NCBI RefSeq assembly: GCF_030013595.1
Contig: NZ_CP122768.1
Origin: Escherichia coli
GTDB taxonomy: Bacteria > Pseudomonadota > Gammaproteobacteria > Enterobacterales > Enterobacteriaceae
Strand: one strand, 5' to 3'
Length of the DNA: 64,000 nt
Shown here in pieces: positions 37,577-48,760 of the stretch. The stretch's first letter is position 1. Each line of letters opens with the position of its first letter. The notes under the pieces are model-generated. The model worked only from the letters and a program-made list of their open reading frames with translations. It made no database searches and was not told the DNA's origin. The translations under genes and the position numbers were made by a program.

Positions 37577-37752
37577 AAAATTCCTTTTAAAATCATAACA
37601 TAAAAGAATGATTCACATTAACGGATCCGTTAACTACGAAAATAGGCAACTTATTCTTAAGGGGCAAGATTAATTTATGTTTTCCCGTCACCAACGACAA
37701 AATTTGCGAGGCTCTTTCCGAAAATAGGGTTGATCTTTGTTGTCACTGGATG

Positions 37753-37772
37753 TACTGTACATCCATACAGTA
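37753..37772. promoter_or_regulatory. LexA box (SOS operator) of sulA
   Basis: TACTGTACATCCATACAGTA about 20 bp upstream of the sulA start. Confidence 0.9.
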
Positions 37773-37794
37773 ACTCACAGGGGCTGGATTGATT

Positions 37795-38304
37795 ATGTAC
37801 ACTTCAGGCTATGCACATCGTTCTTCGTCGTTCTCATCCGCAGCAAGTAAAATTGCGCGTGTCTCTACGGAAAACACTACAGCCGGGCTTATCAGTGAAG
37901 TTGTCTATCGCGAAGATCAGCCCATGATGACGCAACTTCTACTGTTGCCATTGTTACAGCAACTCGGTCAGCAATCGCGCTGGCAACTCTGGTTAACACC
38001 GCAACAAAAACTGAGTCGCGAATGGGTTCAGGCATCTGGGCTACCCTTAACGAAAGTAATGCAGATTAGCCAGCTCTCCCCTTGCCACACCGTGGAGTCA
38101 ATGGTTCGCGCTTTACGCACGGGCAATTACAGCGTGGTGATCGGTTGGTTGGCAGATGATTTGACTGAAGAAGAGCATGCTGAACTTGTTGATGCGGCAA
38201 ATGAAGGTAACGCTATGGGGTTTATTATGCGTCCGGTAAGTGCATCCTCTCACGCCACGAGACAACTTTCCGGGCTAAAAATTCACTCTAATTTGTATCA
38301 TTAA
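37795..38304 (+). CDS. sulA: SOS cell division inhibitor SulA
   Basis: 169 aa from [23 protein letters not shown]. Confidence 0.95.
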
Positions 38305-38659
38305 GTAAATTTAGGATTAATCCTGGAACTTTTTTTGTCGCCCAGCCAATGCTTTCAGTCGTGACTAATTTTCCTTGCGGAGGCTTGTCTGAAGCGGTTT
38401 CCGCGATTTTCTTCTGTAAATTGTCGCTGACAAAAAAGATTAAACGTACCTTATACAAGACTTTTTTTTCATATGCCTGACGGAGTTCACACTTGTAAGT
38501 TTTCAACTACGTTGTAGACTTTACATCGCCAGGGGTGCTCGGCATAAGCCGAAGATATCGGTAGAGTTAATATTGAGCAGATCCCCGGTGAAGGATTTAA
38601 CCGTGTTATCTCGTTGGAGATATTCATGGCGTATTTTGGATGATAACGAGGCGCAAAAA

Positions 38660-39700
38660 ATGAAAAAGACAGCTATCGCGATTGCAGTGGCACTGGCTGG
38701 TTTCGCTACCGTAGCGCAGGCCGCTCCGAAAGATAACACCTGGTACACTGGTGCTAAACTGGGCTGGTCCCAGTACCATGACACTGGTTTCATCAACAAC
38801 AATGGTCCGACCCATGAAAACCAACTGGGCGCTGGTGCTTTTGGTGGTTACCAGGTTAACCCGTATGTTGGCTTTGAAATGGGTTATGACTGGTTAGGTC
38901 GTATGCCATACAAAGGCAGCGTTGAAAACGGTGCATATAAAGCTCAGGGCGTTCAGCTGACCGCTAAACTGGGTTACCCAATCACTGACGATCTGGACGT
39001 ATACACTCGTCTGGGTGGTATGGTATGGCGTGCAGACACTAAATCCAACTTTGATGGTAAAAACCACGATACCGGCGTTTCTCCGGTCTTCGCTGGCGGT
39101 GTTGAGTATGCGATCACTCCTGAAATCGCTACCCGTCTGGAATACCAGTGGACCAACAACATCGGTGACGCACACACCATCGGTACTCGTCCGGACAACG
39201 GCATGCTGAGCCTGGGTGTTTCCTACCGTTTCGGTCAGGGCGAAGCAGCTCCAGTAGTTGCTCCGGCTCCAGCTCCGGCACCGGAAGTACAGACCAAGCA
39301 CTTCACTCTGAAGTCTGACGTTCTGTTCACCTTCAACAAAGCAACCCTGAAACCGGAAGGTCAGGCTGCTCTGGATCAGCTGTACAGCCAGCTGAGCAAC
39401 CTGGATCCGAAAGACGGTTCCGTAGTTGTTCTGGGTTACACCGACCGCATCGGTTCTGACGCTTACAACCAGGGTCTGTCCGAGCGCCGTGCTCAGTCTG
39501 TTGTTGATTACCTGATCTCTAAAGGTATCCCGGCAGACAAAATCTCCGCACGTGGTATGGGCGAATCCAACCCGGTTACTGGCAACACCTGTGACAACGT
39601 GAAACAGCGTGCTGCACTGATCGACTGCCTGGCTCCGGATCGTCGCGTAGAGATCGAAGTTAAAGGTATCAAAGACGTTGTAACTCAGCCGCAGGCTTAA
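38660..39700 (+). CDS. ompA: Outer membrane protein A
   Basis: 346 aa from [21 protein letters not shown]; [10 protein letters not shown] hinge; C-terminal OmpA domain. Confidence 0.97.
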   Translation: MKKTAIAIAVALAGFATVAQAAPKDNTWYTGAKLGWSQYHDTGFINNNGPTHENQLGAGAFGGYQVNPYVGFEMGYDWLGRMPYKGSVENGAYKAQGVQLTAKLGYPITDDLDVYTRLGGMVWRADTKSNFDGKNHDTGVSPVFAGGVEYAITPEIATRLEYQWTNNIGDAHTIGTRPDNGMLSLGVSYRFGQGEAAPVVAPAPAPAPEVQTKHFTLKSDVLFTFNKATLKPEGQAALDQLYSQLSNLDPKDGSVVVLGYTDRIGSDAYNQGLSERRAQSVVDYLISKGIPADKISARGMGESNPVTGNTCDNVKQRAALIDCLAPDRRVEIEVKGIKDVVTQPQA

Positions 39701-39713
39701 GTTCTCGTCTGGT

Positions 39714-39743
39714 AAAAAACCCCGCAGCTGCGGGGTTTTTTTT
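39714..39743 (+). terminator. ompA Rho-independent terminator
   Basis: ccccgcagctgcgggg hairpin followed by eight T. Confidence 0.8.
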
Positions 39744-39775
39744 CGCCTTTAGTAAATTGAAGTGACTTTTGACAG

Positions 39776-40228
39776 TTATTCCTTACCCAGCAATGCCTGC
39801 AGATCCTGCTTCAAAGAAGACATTTTATTCGCGTATTTCTCTTTGTTTTCCGCATCTTCAATCAGCTGAACAATCGTTTCAGAAAGCGTTTTACCGCGAC
39901 GCTGCGCAAGACCAGCCAGACGTTGCCAGACAATAAATTCCAGATCGATCGATTTTTTGCGCGTATGCTGGTGTTCCGCATTAAAATGGCGCTTCCGTCT
40001 GGCCCGAATGGTTTGCTTCATGCGATTGACCAGTTCCGGATTCATATGCTTGTCAATCCAGCCATTTACCAGCACGGGTTCATTTTCCAGCGAGAGCAAC
40101 ACATCGACGGCTTCCTGGGCGGCACTGGCTTCTATGTAACGGGTGATTAACTCCCCTTCGCGGTGCTTCTTCACCAGATACTTCCATTTCCAACCGCTTT
40201 CAAGATTTTCAAGTTGTTGATATTTCAT
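39776..40228 (-). CDS. matP: Macrodomain Ter protein MatP
   Basis: 150 aa from [26 protein letters not shown]. Confidence 0.95.
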
Positions 40229-40413
40229 AGCGATCTCAATGTTACCGTGTAACTCTTTACAGAATATCAGCTTTTTGGGCCAGTGAAGAAAAGAATCTCC
40301 ATCCTGTGAGCTTTAACGCCCATGCCAGGAGTATTGTCGGTGCTTTCTACGTGTGCTGTAGTGCCGGTTACGGTATAATCGCGGCTTTGACAACAGACTA
40401 AAAAACATCAACT

Positions 40414-42174
40414 TTGACCATTACGAAACTTGCATGGCGTGACCTGGTTCCTGATACCGATAGCTATCAGGAAATATTTGCTCAGCCACATTTGATTGAC
40501 GAAAACGATCCTTTATTCAGTGATACTCAACCGCGACTGCAATTTGCGCTGGAGCAGTTGCTGCATACGCGAGCATCCTCCTCTTTTATGCTGGCGAAGG
40601 CCCCGGAAGAGTCTGAGTATCTGAATCTTATTGCCGATGCCGCGCGTGCGCTACAAAGCGATGCAGGCCAACTGGTGGGCGGTCACTATGAGGTTTCCGG
40701 GCACACCATCCGCTTACGTAACGCAGTGAGTGCAGATGATAATTTTGCGACTTTAACGCAAGTTGTCGCTGCCGACTGGGTAGAAGCGGAACAACTCTTT
40801 GGCTGCCTGCGCCAGTTTAATGGCGACATTACCCTGCAGCCAGGTCTGGTGCATCAGGCAAATGGCGGTATTCTCATCATCTCTTTGCGTACACTGCTGG
40901 CGCAACCTCTGCTGTGGATGCGGCTGAAAAATATCGTTAACCGCGAGCGTTTTGACTGGGTTGCGTTTGATGAGTCGCGCCCTCTCCCCGTCTCTGTGCC
41001 TTCGATGCCATTGAAGCTGAAAGTCATTCTGGTAGGCGAACGCGAATCATTGGCTGATTTCCAGGAGATGGAGCCAGAGCTTTCAGAGCAGGCTATTTAT
41101 AGCGAATTTGAAGATACTCTGCAGATTGTCGATGCGGAGTCAGTAAGCCAGTGGTGTCGCTGGGTAACATTGACCGCCAGACATAATCACTTACCTGCAC
41201 CGGGAGCGGATGCCTGGCCGGTACTTATCCGCGAAGCAGCCCGCTACACCGGTGAACAAGAAACACTTCCGCTTAGCCCGCAGTGGATCCTCCGCCAGTG
41301 TAAAGAGGTCGCCTCCCTGTGCGATGGCGACACCTTCTCCGGCGAGCAGCTAAACTTAATGCTACAGCAGCGTGAATGGCGCGAAGGTTTCCTCGCTGAA
41401 CGCATGCAGGATGAGATTCTTCAGGAGCAAATCCTGATTGAAACCGAAGGCGAACGCATCGGGCAAATTAACGCCCTTTCGGTCATTGAATTTCCGGGTC
41501 ATCCACGCGCTTTTGGCGAACCTTCTCGCATTAGCTGCGTTGTGCATATTGGCGATGGTGAATTCACCGACATCGAACGCAAAGCGGAGCTTGGCGGCAA
41601 TATCCATGCGAAAGGGATGATGATCATGCAGGCGTTCCTGATGTCGGAACTACAGCTTGAGCAACAGATCCCCTTCTCAGCATCGCTGACATTTGAGCAG
41701 TCATACAGTGAAGTGGATGGCGATAGCGCCTCGATGGCTGAACTCTGCGCCCTGATAAGCGCCCTCGCCGATGTGCCGGTGAATCAGAGTATCGCTATCA
41801 CAGGTTCAGTCGATCAGTTCGGTCGTGCCCAGCCGGTCGGTGGTTTAAATGAGAAAATCGAAGGCTTCTTTGCTATTTGCCAGCAACGTGAGTTAACCGG
41901 GAAACAAGGTGTCATTATCCCCACTGCTAACATTCGCCATTTAAGTCTTCACAGTGAACTGGTGAAAGCGGTAGAAGAAGGCAAATTCACCATCTGGGCA
42001 GTAGACGATGTGACTGACGCACTGCCGTTATTATTAAATCTGGTGTGGGATGGCGAAGGCCAAACGACGCTGATGCAAACCATCCAGGAACGTATCGCGC
42101 AAGCATCGCAACAGGAAGGACGTCACCGTTTTCCATGGCCATTACGTTGGCTGAACTGGTTTATTCCGAACTGA
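40414..42174 (+). CDS. ycbZ: Lon-like protease homologue YcbZ (LonH)
   Basis: 586 aa; synteny between matP and fabA. Confidence 0.9.
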
Positions 42175-42242
42175 TCGGACTTGTTCAGCGTACACGTGTT
42201 AGCTATCCTGCGTGCTTCAATAAAATAAGGCTTACAGAGAAC

Positions 42243-42761
42243 ATGGTAGATAAACGCGAATCCTATACAAAAGAAGACCTTCTTGCCTCTGGTCGCGGTG
42301 AACTGTTTGGCGCTAAAGGCCCGCAATTGCCAGCACCGAACATGCTGATGATGGACCGTGTGGTCAAAATGACCGAAACGGGTGGTAACTTCGACAAAGG
42401 GTATGTTGAAGCAGAACTGGATATCAATCCGGATCTGTGGTTCTTCGGATGCCACTTCATTGGCGATCCGGTTATGCCAGGATGCCTGGGCCTGGACGCA
42501 ATGTGGCAGCTGGTAGGGTTCTACCTCGGCTGGCTGGGCGGCGAAGGTAAAGGCCGCGCGCTGGGCGTTGGCGAAGTGAAATTCACTGGTCAGGTACTGC
42601 CGACAGCGAAAAAAGTGACCTACCGTATTCACTTTAAACGCATTGTTAATCGTCGTCTGATTATGGGTCTGGCAGATGGCGAAGTGCTGGTTGATGGTCG
42701 TCTGATCTATACCGCCAGCGACCTGAAAGTCGGTCTGTTCCAGGATACGTCTGCCTTCTGA
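42243..42761 (+). CDS. fabA: 3-hydroxydecanoyl-ACP dehydratase/isomerase
   Basis: 172 aa from [23 protein letters not shown]. Confidence 0.95.
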
Positions 42762-42787
42762 TTATAATCAGACAGTGTATCAAAAGG

Positions 42788-42820
42788 CGAAACCTCCGCA
42801 ATGCGGAGGTTTCTTTTTAA
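42788..42820. terminator. Bidirectional hairpin terminator between fabA and rmf
   Basis: cctccgcaatgcggagg flanked by A-run and T-run. Confidence 0.7.
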
Positions 42821-42830
42821 AGAGACAGAA

Positions 42831-42998
42831 TCAGGCCATTACTACCCTGTCCGCCATGGCTTCTCGCCAGCCTCCCAGCCATTGTGACCTTTGATTCAGC
42901 GTCTGATAGGGACACATTTCTTTTGAGCGTCCGGCGATGCCGGCCTGATAACCACGTTGATGTGCCCGTTCCAGGCGATCTCGTTTTTGTCTCTTCAT
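42831..42998 (-). CDS. rmf: Ribosome modulation factor
   Basis: 55 aa MKRQKRDRLERAHQRGYQAGIAGRSKEMCPYQTLNQRSQWLGGWREAMADRVVMA read from the minus strand; absent from the ORF track because under 60 aa. Confidence 0.9.
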   Translation of the reverse strand: MKRQKRDRLERAHQRGYQAGIAGRSKEMCPYQTLNQRSQWLGGWREAMADRVVMA

Positions 42999-43253
42999 GC
43001 CTCGTTTCCCTCATACTGGTTTCTGGTGGAAAAGAAAACAGTGATTACTAAATGTGCAATCACAGTTAAGCAATACCGCGAATCATAACTGCCGTCAATG
43101 CGCAAAATTCACGCCACGGTCATATTTGTGAGCTACACGGGCATGTCGGTTGTACAAAAAATGTGAAGAGGAACAACTTTTTCCGCAAGTTAGAAACAAA
43201 AAAACCGCCTCAGGCAACATACCGGAGACGGTTATATTTACAAATCTTTATGA

Positions 43254-43817
43254 TTACGGTAGACGCTTTATCTCTTGCGCAATAGAAGCGGCTTCCTGAC
43301 TCCAGACACTGGCCAGCACTTTAACCATTTCATCGTAACCATCCTGAGTTTGCACCCCTTCCAGACGGAACGGACGTTTGATCAGTTGTCCCTGGTGGTT
43401 CAACAGCCACTCACCACTGACAATGACCTTGCCATCATATCGCCCGTTAAACTCCGTTACGGTAACATTGAGCGTGTCCTGGGCGCTTCCCAGAGGCTGG
43501 GATGCAACCACCCAGCCGGGCAGTTGCGTGCTCAGGTTGGCAACCAGAGTGTTGCGCAACTGTTGATCCAACGGGCTGGCCCACAAGTTGTTGTTGGCAA
43601 TCACATACTTCACATCACTGGTTTGATAAACCACACCATTTCCGGCCAGATAGTCAGGAACAGCGACCTGCTCTACCCATAACAGGCGATTACCCTGGCT
43701 GGCGGTACTTTGTGTACCGCTCTGCACCACAGGTAACTGGTAATAGTTTTTATTTATTTCGCCGGAGCTGCATCCGGCCAGCCACAGTGCTGCAATCGTC
43801 ACTAGCCACTTTTTCAT
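43254..43817 (-). CDS. pqiC: Paraquat-inducible lipoprotein PqiC (YmbA)
   Basis: 187 aa with lipobox LAGC; synteny. Confidence 0.9.
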   Translation of the reverse strand: MKKWLVTIAALWLAGCSSGEINKNYYQLPVVQSGTQSTASQGNRLLWVEQVAVPDYLAGNGVVYQTSDVKYVIANNNLWASPLDQQLRNTLVANLSTQLPGWVVASQPLGSAQDTLNVTVTEFNGRYDGKVIVSGEWLLNHQGQLIKRPFRLEGVQTQDGYDEMVKVLASVWSQEAASIAQEIKRLP

Positions 43818-45454
43818 TGTTTCGCCCTCTTCGGCTCTGGATCTTTTTTGTCCTTCGCTTCAAATACCAGCGCGTTACTCTTCTCATTGAGCGTTTTCAG
43901 CACCGGTTGCAGTTCTCGCAACACCTGATCAAGGCGCTGCATATCCGCCACCATCTTGTTGTAGGCTGCTGAGCCAGGCTGGAAGCCCTGCATACTGCGA
44001 TTCAATTCACGCAACGTTGACTGCATATCCGTCGGTAACTGCTGCATCGACTGGCTGGCGAGGATCTTGTTCATGCTATCCAGCGTCGTTTGCAGGTTTT
44101 TCATTGTGCGCTGACTTTCAGAAAGCGTACTGGTTGCCTGTTCAATCATCGGATTCAATGGCAGTTTGTTGATCTTATCCAACGCTTCCATCAGTCGTTG
44201 CTGGATTTGCGCCAGACCGCCGCTAACGGTCGGGATAATCTGATAACCATTAAATTCACGAATACCGGTTATTGCAGGCGTATTTGGATAGAAATCGAGA
44301 TCAACATACAGTGCGCCAGTGACCAGGTTTCCGGTTTTCAGCGATCCGCGTAAACCACGTTTCAACAATTCGCCAAGGTGCTCAACAACATCCGCATTTT
44401 CGCCAAGCTGCATTTTCAGCCGCTCTGGCTCGATACGAATCAGTACCGGAATACGGTAATCATCGTTAAATGTCTGACGCATATTCGGCGCAAAGAATGG
44501 CACTTTGCTTACGGTACCCAGGCGAATACCCCGGAATTCTACCGGAGCTCCCGGTTGCAGACCGCGTACCGAATCTTTAAAGAACATCAGATAATCAATG
44601 TGATCGGTGTACAACGAATCCTGAATGCTCTTCTGATCATCATACAAAACGAAAGCTGTTTTCGGTGCCACTGGCTGCCCTAAATCCAGACCTTCCGGCA
44701 CATCAAAGCTGACACCGCCACTAAGCAGCGTTGTCAATGAGCCCATCTCCACACGCATTCCCGCTGACGTCAAATCAACCGCAATGCCACTATCTTTCCA
44801 GAAGCGAACATTGCTGGTCACCAGACGGTCATAAGGTGCATTGATGAACAGTTGATAGCTGATATTGCGTTTTTGCGTATCGAAGGTGCTGGTTTCAACC
44901 GAACCTACCCGATAGCCACGGAACAGCACGGGATCTCCTGGCGAGAGCTGCCCGGCTTTTTTGCTATCGAGAATCACACGGATACCTTTCGCATCAGGCG
45001 GGGCCAACGGTGGCGAGTCCAGCAAATCGTATTTATCCATTTTGCTGCCTTTCGCGCCTGGCTGCAGTTCGATATAAACCCCAGACAGCAGCGTTCCCAG
45101 GCCGCTAATCCCTTCTCGACCAATCTGCGGTTTCACCACCCAAAAGACGGTATCTTTATGCAGCAATTTTTCCATACCGGAATTCAGCCGCGCTTTGATT
45201 TCAACGTGCGTCAAATCATCAGCCAGTGTGGCGCTTTCAACCACGCCGACGTCAACGCTACGGCTTTTAATGGTGGTTTTACCACCTTCTATTCCTTCCG
45301 CATTCGCGGTGATCAGGGTCACTTCCGGCCCCTGATGGCTGTAATGATAAAATAGAACCCAGGCCCCAATGAGCGCCGTGACGATAGGAAATATCCACAC
45401 GGGAGACCAGTTCTTCACTTTCTGGATTTTGGCTTCCCCATTATTAGATTCCAT
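43814..45454 (-). CDS. pqiB: Paraquat-inducible protein B (MCE-domain)
   Basis: 546 aa from MESNNGEAKIQKVKNWSPVW. Confidence 0.9.
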   Translation of the reverse strand: MESNNGEAKIQKVKNWSPVWIFPIVTALIGAWVLFYHYSHQGPEVTLITANAEGIEGGKTTIKSRSVDVGVVESATLADDLTHVEIKARLNSGMEKLLHKDTVFWVVKPQIGREGISGLGTLLSGVYIELQPGAKGSKMDKYDLLDSPPLAPPDAKGIRVILDSKKAGQLSPGDPVLFRGYRVGSVETSTFDTQKRNISYQLFINAPYDRLVTSNVRFWKDSGIAVDLTSAGMRVEMGSLTTLLSGGVSFDVPEGLDLGQPVAPKTAFVLYDDQKSIQDSLYTDHIDYLMFFKDSVRGLQPGAPVEFRGIRLGTVSKVPFFAPNMRQTFNDDYRIPVLIRIEPERLKMQLGENADVVEHLGELLKRGLRGSLKTGNLVTGALYVDLDFYPNTPAITGIREFNGYQIIPTVSGGLAQIQQRLMEALDKINKLPLNPMIEQATSTLSESQRTMKNLQTTLDSMNKILASQSMQQLPTDMQSTLRELNRSMQGFQPGSAAYNKMVADMQRLDQVLRELQPVLKTLNEKSNALVFEAKDKKDPEPKRAKQ

Positions 45455-45458
45455 ACTG

Positions 45459-46712
45459 TCAGGACTCCTCATGCTCTGATTCAGGTTGACGATCCCACGA
45501 CAAACGCGGGTCAAACGTCATAGCAGAAAACATTGTCATTATGACGACTAAAGCAAACATTAATGCACCCATTGCCGGATAAATACTCATTAAACCTCCC
45601 ATACGCACCAGCGCCGAGAGCACCGCGATAACGAAAACGTCAATCATCGACCAGCGGCCTACAAACTCAACAACTTCATAAATCAAATGCATTCTTTCAC
45701 TGTCGCGCTTGCCATGCCCTTTGGCATCCCAACACAGCCACGCGATGGCGATCATCTTTAACGTTGGCACCATAATACTGGCAAGAAAGATCACCGCAGC
45801 GACGGGATAAGAGCCTTCGCTCCATAACAGGATGACCCCAGCGAGAATCGTCGACGGCATCTTCGAGCCTAATAAATCCGTCACCATGATGGGCAAAATA
45901 TTAGCCGGAAGATACAGCATGATGGACGTAACAAGCAGCGCGAGTGTCCATTGCAGGCTGTTTCTACGTCGAACGTACCCTTTGGTACTACAGCGCGGGC
46001 ATACGGGTTCGTCAGCAGGAAGGATTGCCGTACAACAGGAGCACGAACGCAGCCCCTGACGTATCCCCGTGACGCCTGGTTTTAGCGGCTGGTGCAGTTC
46101 TGGCATCGGGGCGATATCGTCCCATAACCAGCGACGATCAACGCACTGAAAGGCGCGCAGTTGCAGGACACAAAATAAACACCAGGGGAGAAAGCTGCTG
46201 CCGACACCAATGCTGCCGTAGGCCATCAGTTTAACGAAACTGACCAGCACACCCGCGAGGAAAATCTCCGCCATTCCCCAGGTTTTGAGTTGAAAAAGCA
46301 CCCGTGCCAGTTGCTCTTTTAAACGGACCGGTAATTCCGCGCGATTCACCAGTAACAGAATGGTTATCAGACAAAACGCGGGAACCAGTTGCACAAACAA
46401 CAGGAAAAAGGTGCCGAGGCTGGCGTAGTCCTCAGAAAAAAGCACGCCGGGAATTTCCAGTAATGTAATTTCACTGGTGACTCCCGCAACGTTCATATTC
46501 ACAAAAGGAAACAAGTTGGACAGCAACAGCATGAACAGTGCAGCCAACGCATAGGCGGTGGGACGCTGCCGAGGGGCATCCCACGCCACGGTTAACGTTG
46601 TGCCACACCGGGGACATGCCGCTTTCTGACCATGCTCAAGGCGCGGTAACGCCACCAGCATGTCACACTGCGAGCACAGGATGTGCTTCGCGGCATGATG
46701 ATGTTCGCACAT
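45459..46712 (-). CDS. pqiA: Paraquat-inducible protein A
   Basis: 417 aa membrane protein with paired CxxC motifs; synteny. Confidence 0.9.
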   Translation of the reverse strand: MCEHHHAAKHILCSQCDMLVALPRLEHGQKAACPRCGTTLTVAWDAPRQRPTAYALAALFMLLLSNLFPFVNMNVAGVTSEITLLEIPGVLFSEDYASLGTFFLLFVQLVPAFCLITILLLVNRAELPVRLKEQLARVLFQLKTWGMAEIFLAGVLVSFVKLMAYGSIGVGSSFLPWCLFCVLQLRAFQCVDRRWLWDDIAPMPELHQPLKPGVTGIRQGLRSCSCCTAILPADEPVCPRCSTKGYVRRRNSLQWTLALLVTSIMLYLPANILPIMVTDLLGSKMPSTILAGVILLWSEGSYPVAAVIFLASIMVPTLKMIAIAWLCWDAKGHGKRDSERMHLIYEVVEFVGRWSMIDVFVIAVLSALVRMGGLMSIYPAMGALMFALVVIMTMFSAMTFDPRLSWDRQPESEHEES

Positions 46713-46841
46713 TGGTACTCCTTAATGATGCGCTATTTTACAGATGACGAACAAAGTGTTGGTTTTCATGCCTGATAAACCCAGTTCATCAGGCAATTTT
46801 ACCGTTGTCAGCTGTCTCTGTTTAAATCGACTATTTTGCGA

Positions 46842-48749
46842 TCAGCCACCATTTTTTAACGCTTCAAGATACTCCCAGCGTTCAAAGGCTTGCTCCAGCT
46901 CCTGCTCTGCAGCAGCCATATCGGCGAGCACTTTTTGCGTCTGCTCATGGGGCTGAGTGAAGAAGGAAGCATCCGCCACCTGCGTCTGTAGGGCTTCCAG
47001 CTTCGCCTCCAGATCTTCGAGCAATTGCGGTAGCTGCTCCAGTTCGCGCTGCAATTTATAGCTTAGTTTGCTACTGCTGCGTTTTACAGTTTCTGCTTTT
47101 GGCGCGGCGGCTTCTTCGATTTTTTTCACCGCAGGCTGTTTGAGCGCCACATACTGTTCTTGCTGACCACGGGCATCATGATAACCGCCGACATAACGAC
47201 CAATTTTTCCGCCGCCTTCGAAGATCCAGCATTCTGTAACGGTGTTATCGACAAACTGACGATCGTGGCTCACCAGCAATACCGTGCCCTGGTAGCTGTC
47301 GATCAGTTCTTCCAGCAGTTCCAGCGTTTCAACATCAAGATCGTTGGTCGGTTCGTCAAGAATCAATAAGTTGCTTGGTTTGAGGAACAAACGCGCCAAT
47401 AACAAGCGGTTACGCTCACCGCCAGAAAGCGCACGTACCGGCGTCATCGCCCGTTTCGGATGGAACAGGAAGTCCTGCAAATAGCCCAAAACATGGCGTG
47501 GCTTGCCGTTAACCATCACCTCTTGCTTACCTTCAGCAAGGTTATCCATCACCGTTTTATCGGGATCCAATTCCGCACGGTGCTGATCGAAATAAGCCAC
47601 TTCCAGTTTGGTGCCAACGTGAATACGCCCGCTGTCCGCCTGAAGCTGACCGAGCATCAGTTTCAGCAGCGTGGTTTTGCCGCATCCATTCGGACCAATC
47701 AGGGCAATTTTGTCGCCACGTAGAACCTGGGCAGAAAAATCTTTCACCAGTTGCTTACCGTCGACCTGGTAGCAAACGTCTTCCATTTCGAAAACGATCT
47801 TACCGGAGCGGCTGGCCTCTTCCACCTGCATCTTTGCGGTACCCATCACTTCGCGACGTTCGCCACGCTCGCGACGCATTGCTTTCAGGGCGCGTACGCG
47901 GCCTTCATTACGGGTACGGCGTGCTTTGATCCCCTGGCGGATCCACACCTCTTCCTGCGCCAGTTTGCGATCGAACTCGGCATTTTGTAGTTCTTCCACA
48001 CGCAGAGCTTCTTCTTTTTCCAGCAGGTACTGGTCGTAATTCCCTGGATAGGTCACAAGTTTGCCGCGATCGAGATCAACAATGCGCGTCGCCATATTGC
48101 GGATAAACGAACGGTCGTGGGAGATGAAAATTATCGTCCCATTGAAGGTTTTAAGGAATCCTTCCAGCCAGTCGATGGTTTCGATATCCAGGTGGTTAGT
48201 CGGTTCGTCGAGCAGCAATACGCGCGGATTGCTCACCAGCGCGCGTCCTAATGCCGCTTTACGCAACCAGCCGCCGGAAAGCGACGACAGCGCAACGTTA
48301 GGATCTAACCCCAGTTGCGCCAGCACTTCGTTAATGCGGTTTTCCAGCTGCCACAGGTTGTGGTGATCCAACTGTTCCTGAACCTTCGCCAGTTCGTTGA
48401 GATTTTTCTCGCTCGGGTCGTTCATCACCAGGCGCGAAATATCGTGATAGCGTTTCAGGTATTCCGCTTGTTCTTCAATGCCTTCGGCAACGAAATCATA
48501 AACACTCCCCTCAACGTTACGCGGCGGATCCTGTTGCAGACGAGCTACAATCAAATCTTGCTCGTAAATAATGCGACCGTCATCCAGCCCTTGTTCACGG
48601 TTGAGGATTTTCATTAACGTCGATTTGCCTGCGCCGTTGCGGCCCACCAGACAAACACGTTCGTTATCTTCGATATGCAGTTCTGCGTTATCGAGAAGCG
48701 GCGCGTCGCTGAACGACAGCCATGCGCCATGCATACTGATTAATGACAT
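46842..48749 (-). CDS. uup: ABC-F ATPase Uup
   Basis: 635 aa; two ABC cassettes (GRNGAGKST, GPNGCGKTT). Confidence 0.95.
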   Translation of the reverse strand: MSLISMHGAWLSFSDAPLLDNAELHIEDNERVCLVGRNGAGKSTLMKILNREQGLDDGRIIYEQDLIVARLQQDPPRNVEGSVYDFVAEGIEEQAEYLKRYHDISRLVMNDPSEKNLNELAKVQEQLDHHNLWQLENRINEVLAQLGLDPNVALSSLSGGWLRKAALGRALVSNPRVLLLDEPTNHLDIETIDWLEGFLKTFNGTIIFISHDRSFIRNMATRIVDLDRGKLVTYPGNYDQYLLEKEEALRVEELQNAEFDRKLAQEEVWIRQGIKARRTRNEGRVRALKAMRRERGERREVMGTAKMQVEEASRSGKIVFEMEDVCYQVDGKQLVKDFSAQVLRGDKIALIGPNGCGKTTLLKLMLGQLQADSGRIHVGTKLEVAYFDQHRAELDPDKTVMDNLAEGKQEVMVNGKPRHVLGYLQDFLFHPKRAMTPVRALSGGERNRLLLARLFLKPSNLLILDEPTNDLDVETLELLEELIDSYQGTVLLVSHDRQFVDNTVTECWIFEGGGKIGRYVGGYHDARGQQEQYVALKQPAVKKIEEAAAPKAETVKRSSSKLSYKLQRELEQLPQLLEDLEAKLEALQTQVADASFFTQPHEQTQKVLADMAAAEQELEQAFERWEYLEALKNGG

Positions 48750-48760
48750 TACTATTCCTT

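Noticed and set aside
38894-39301. 135-aa minus-strand ORF within ompA
   Set aside because: Antisense to ompA, which is unambiguous.
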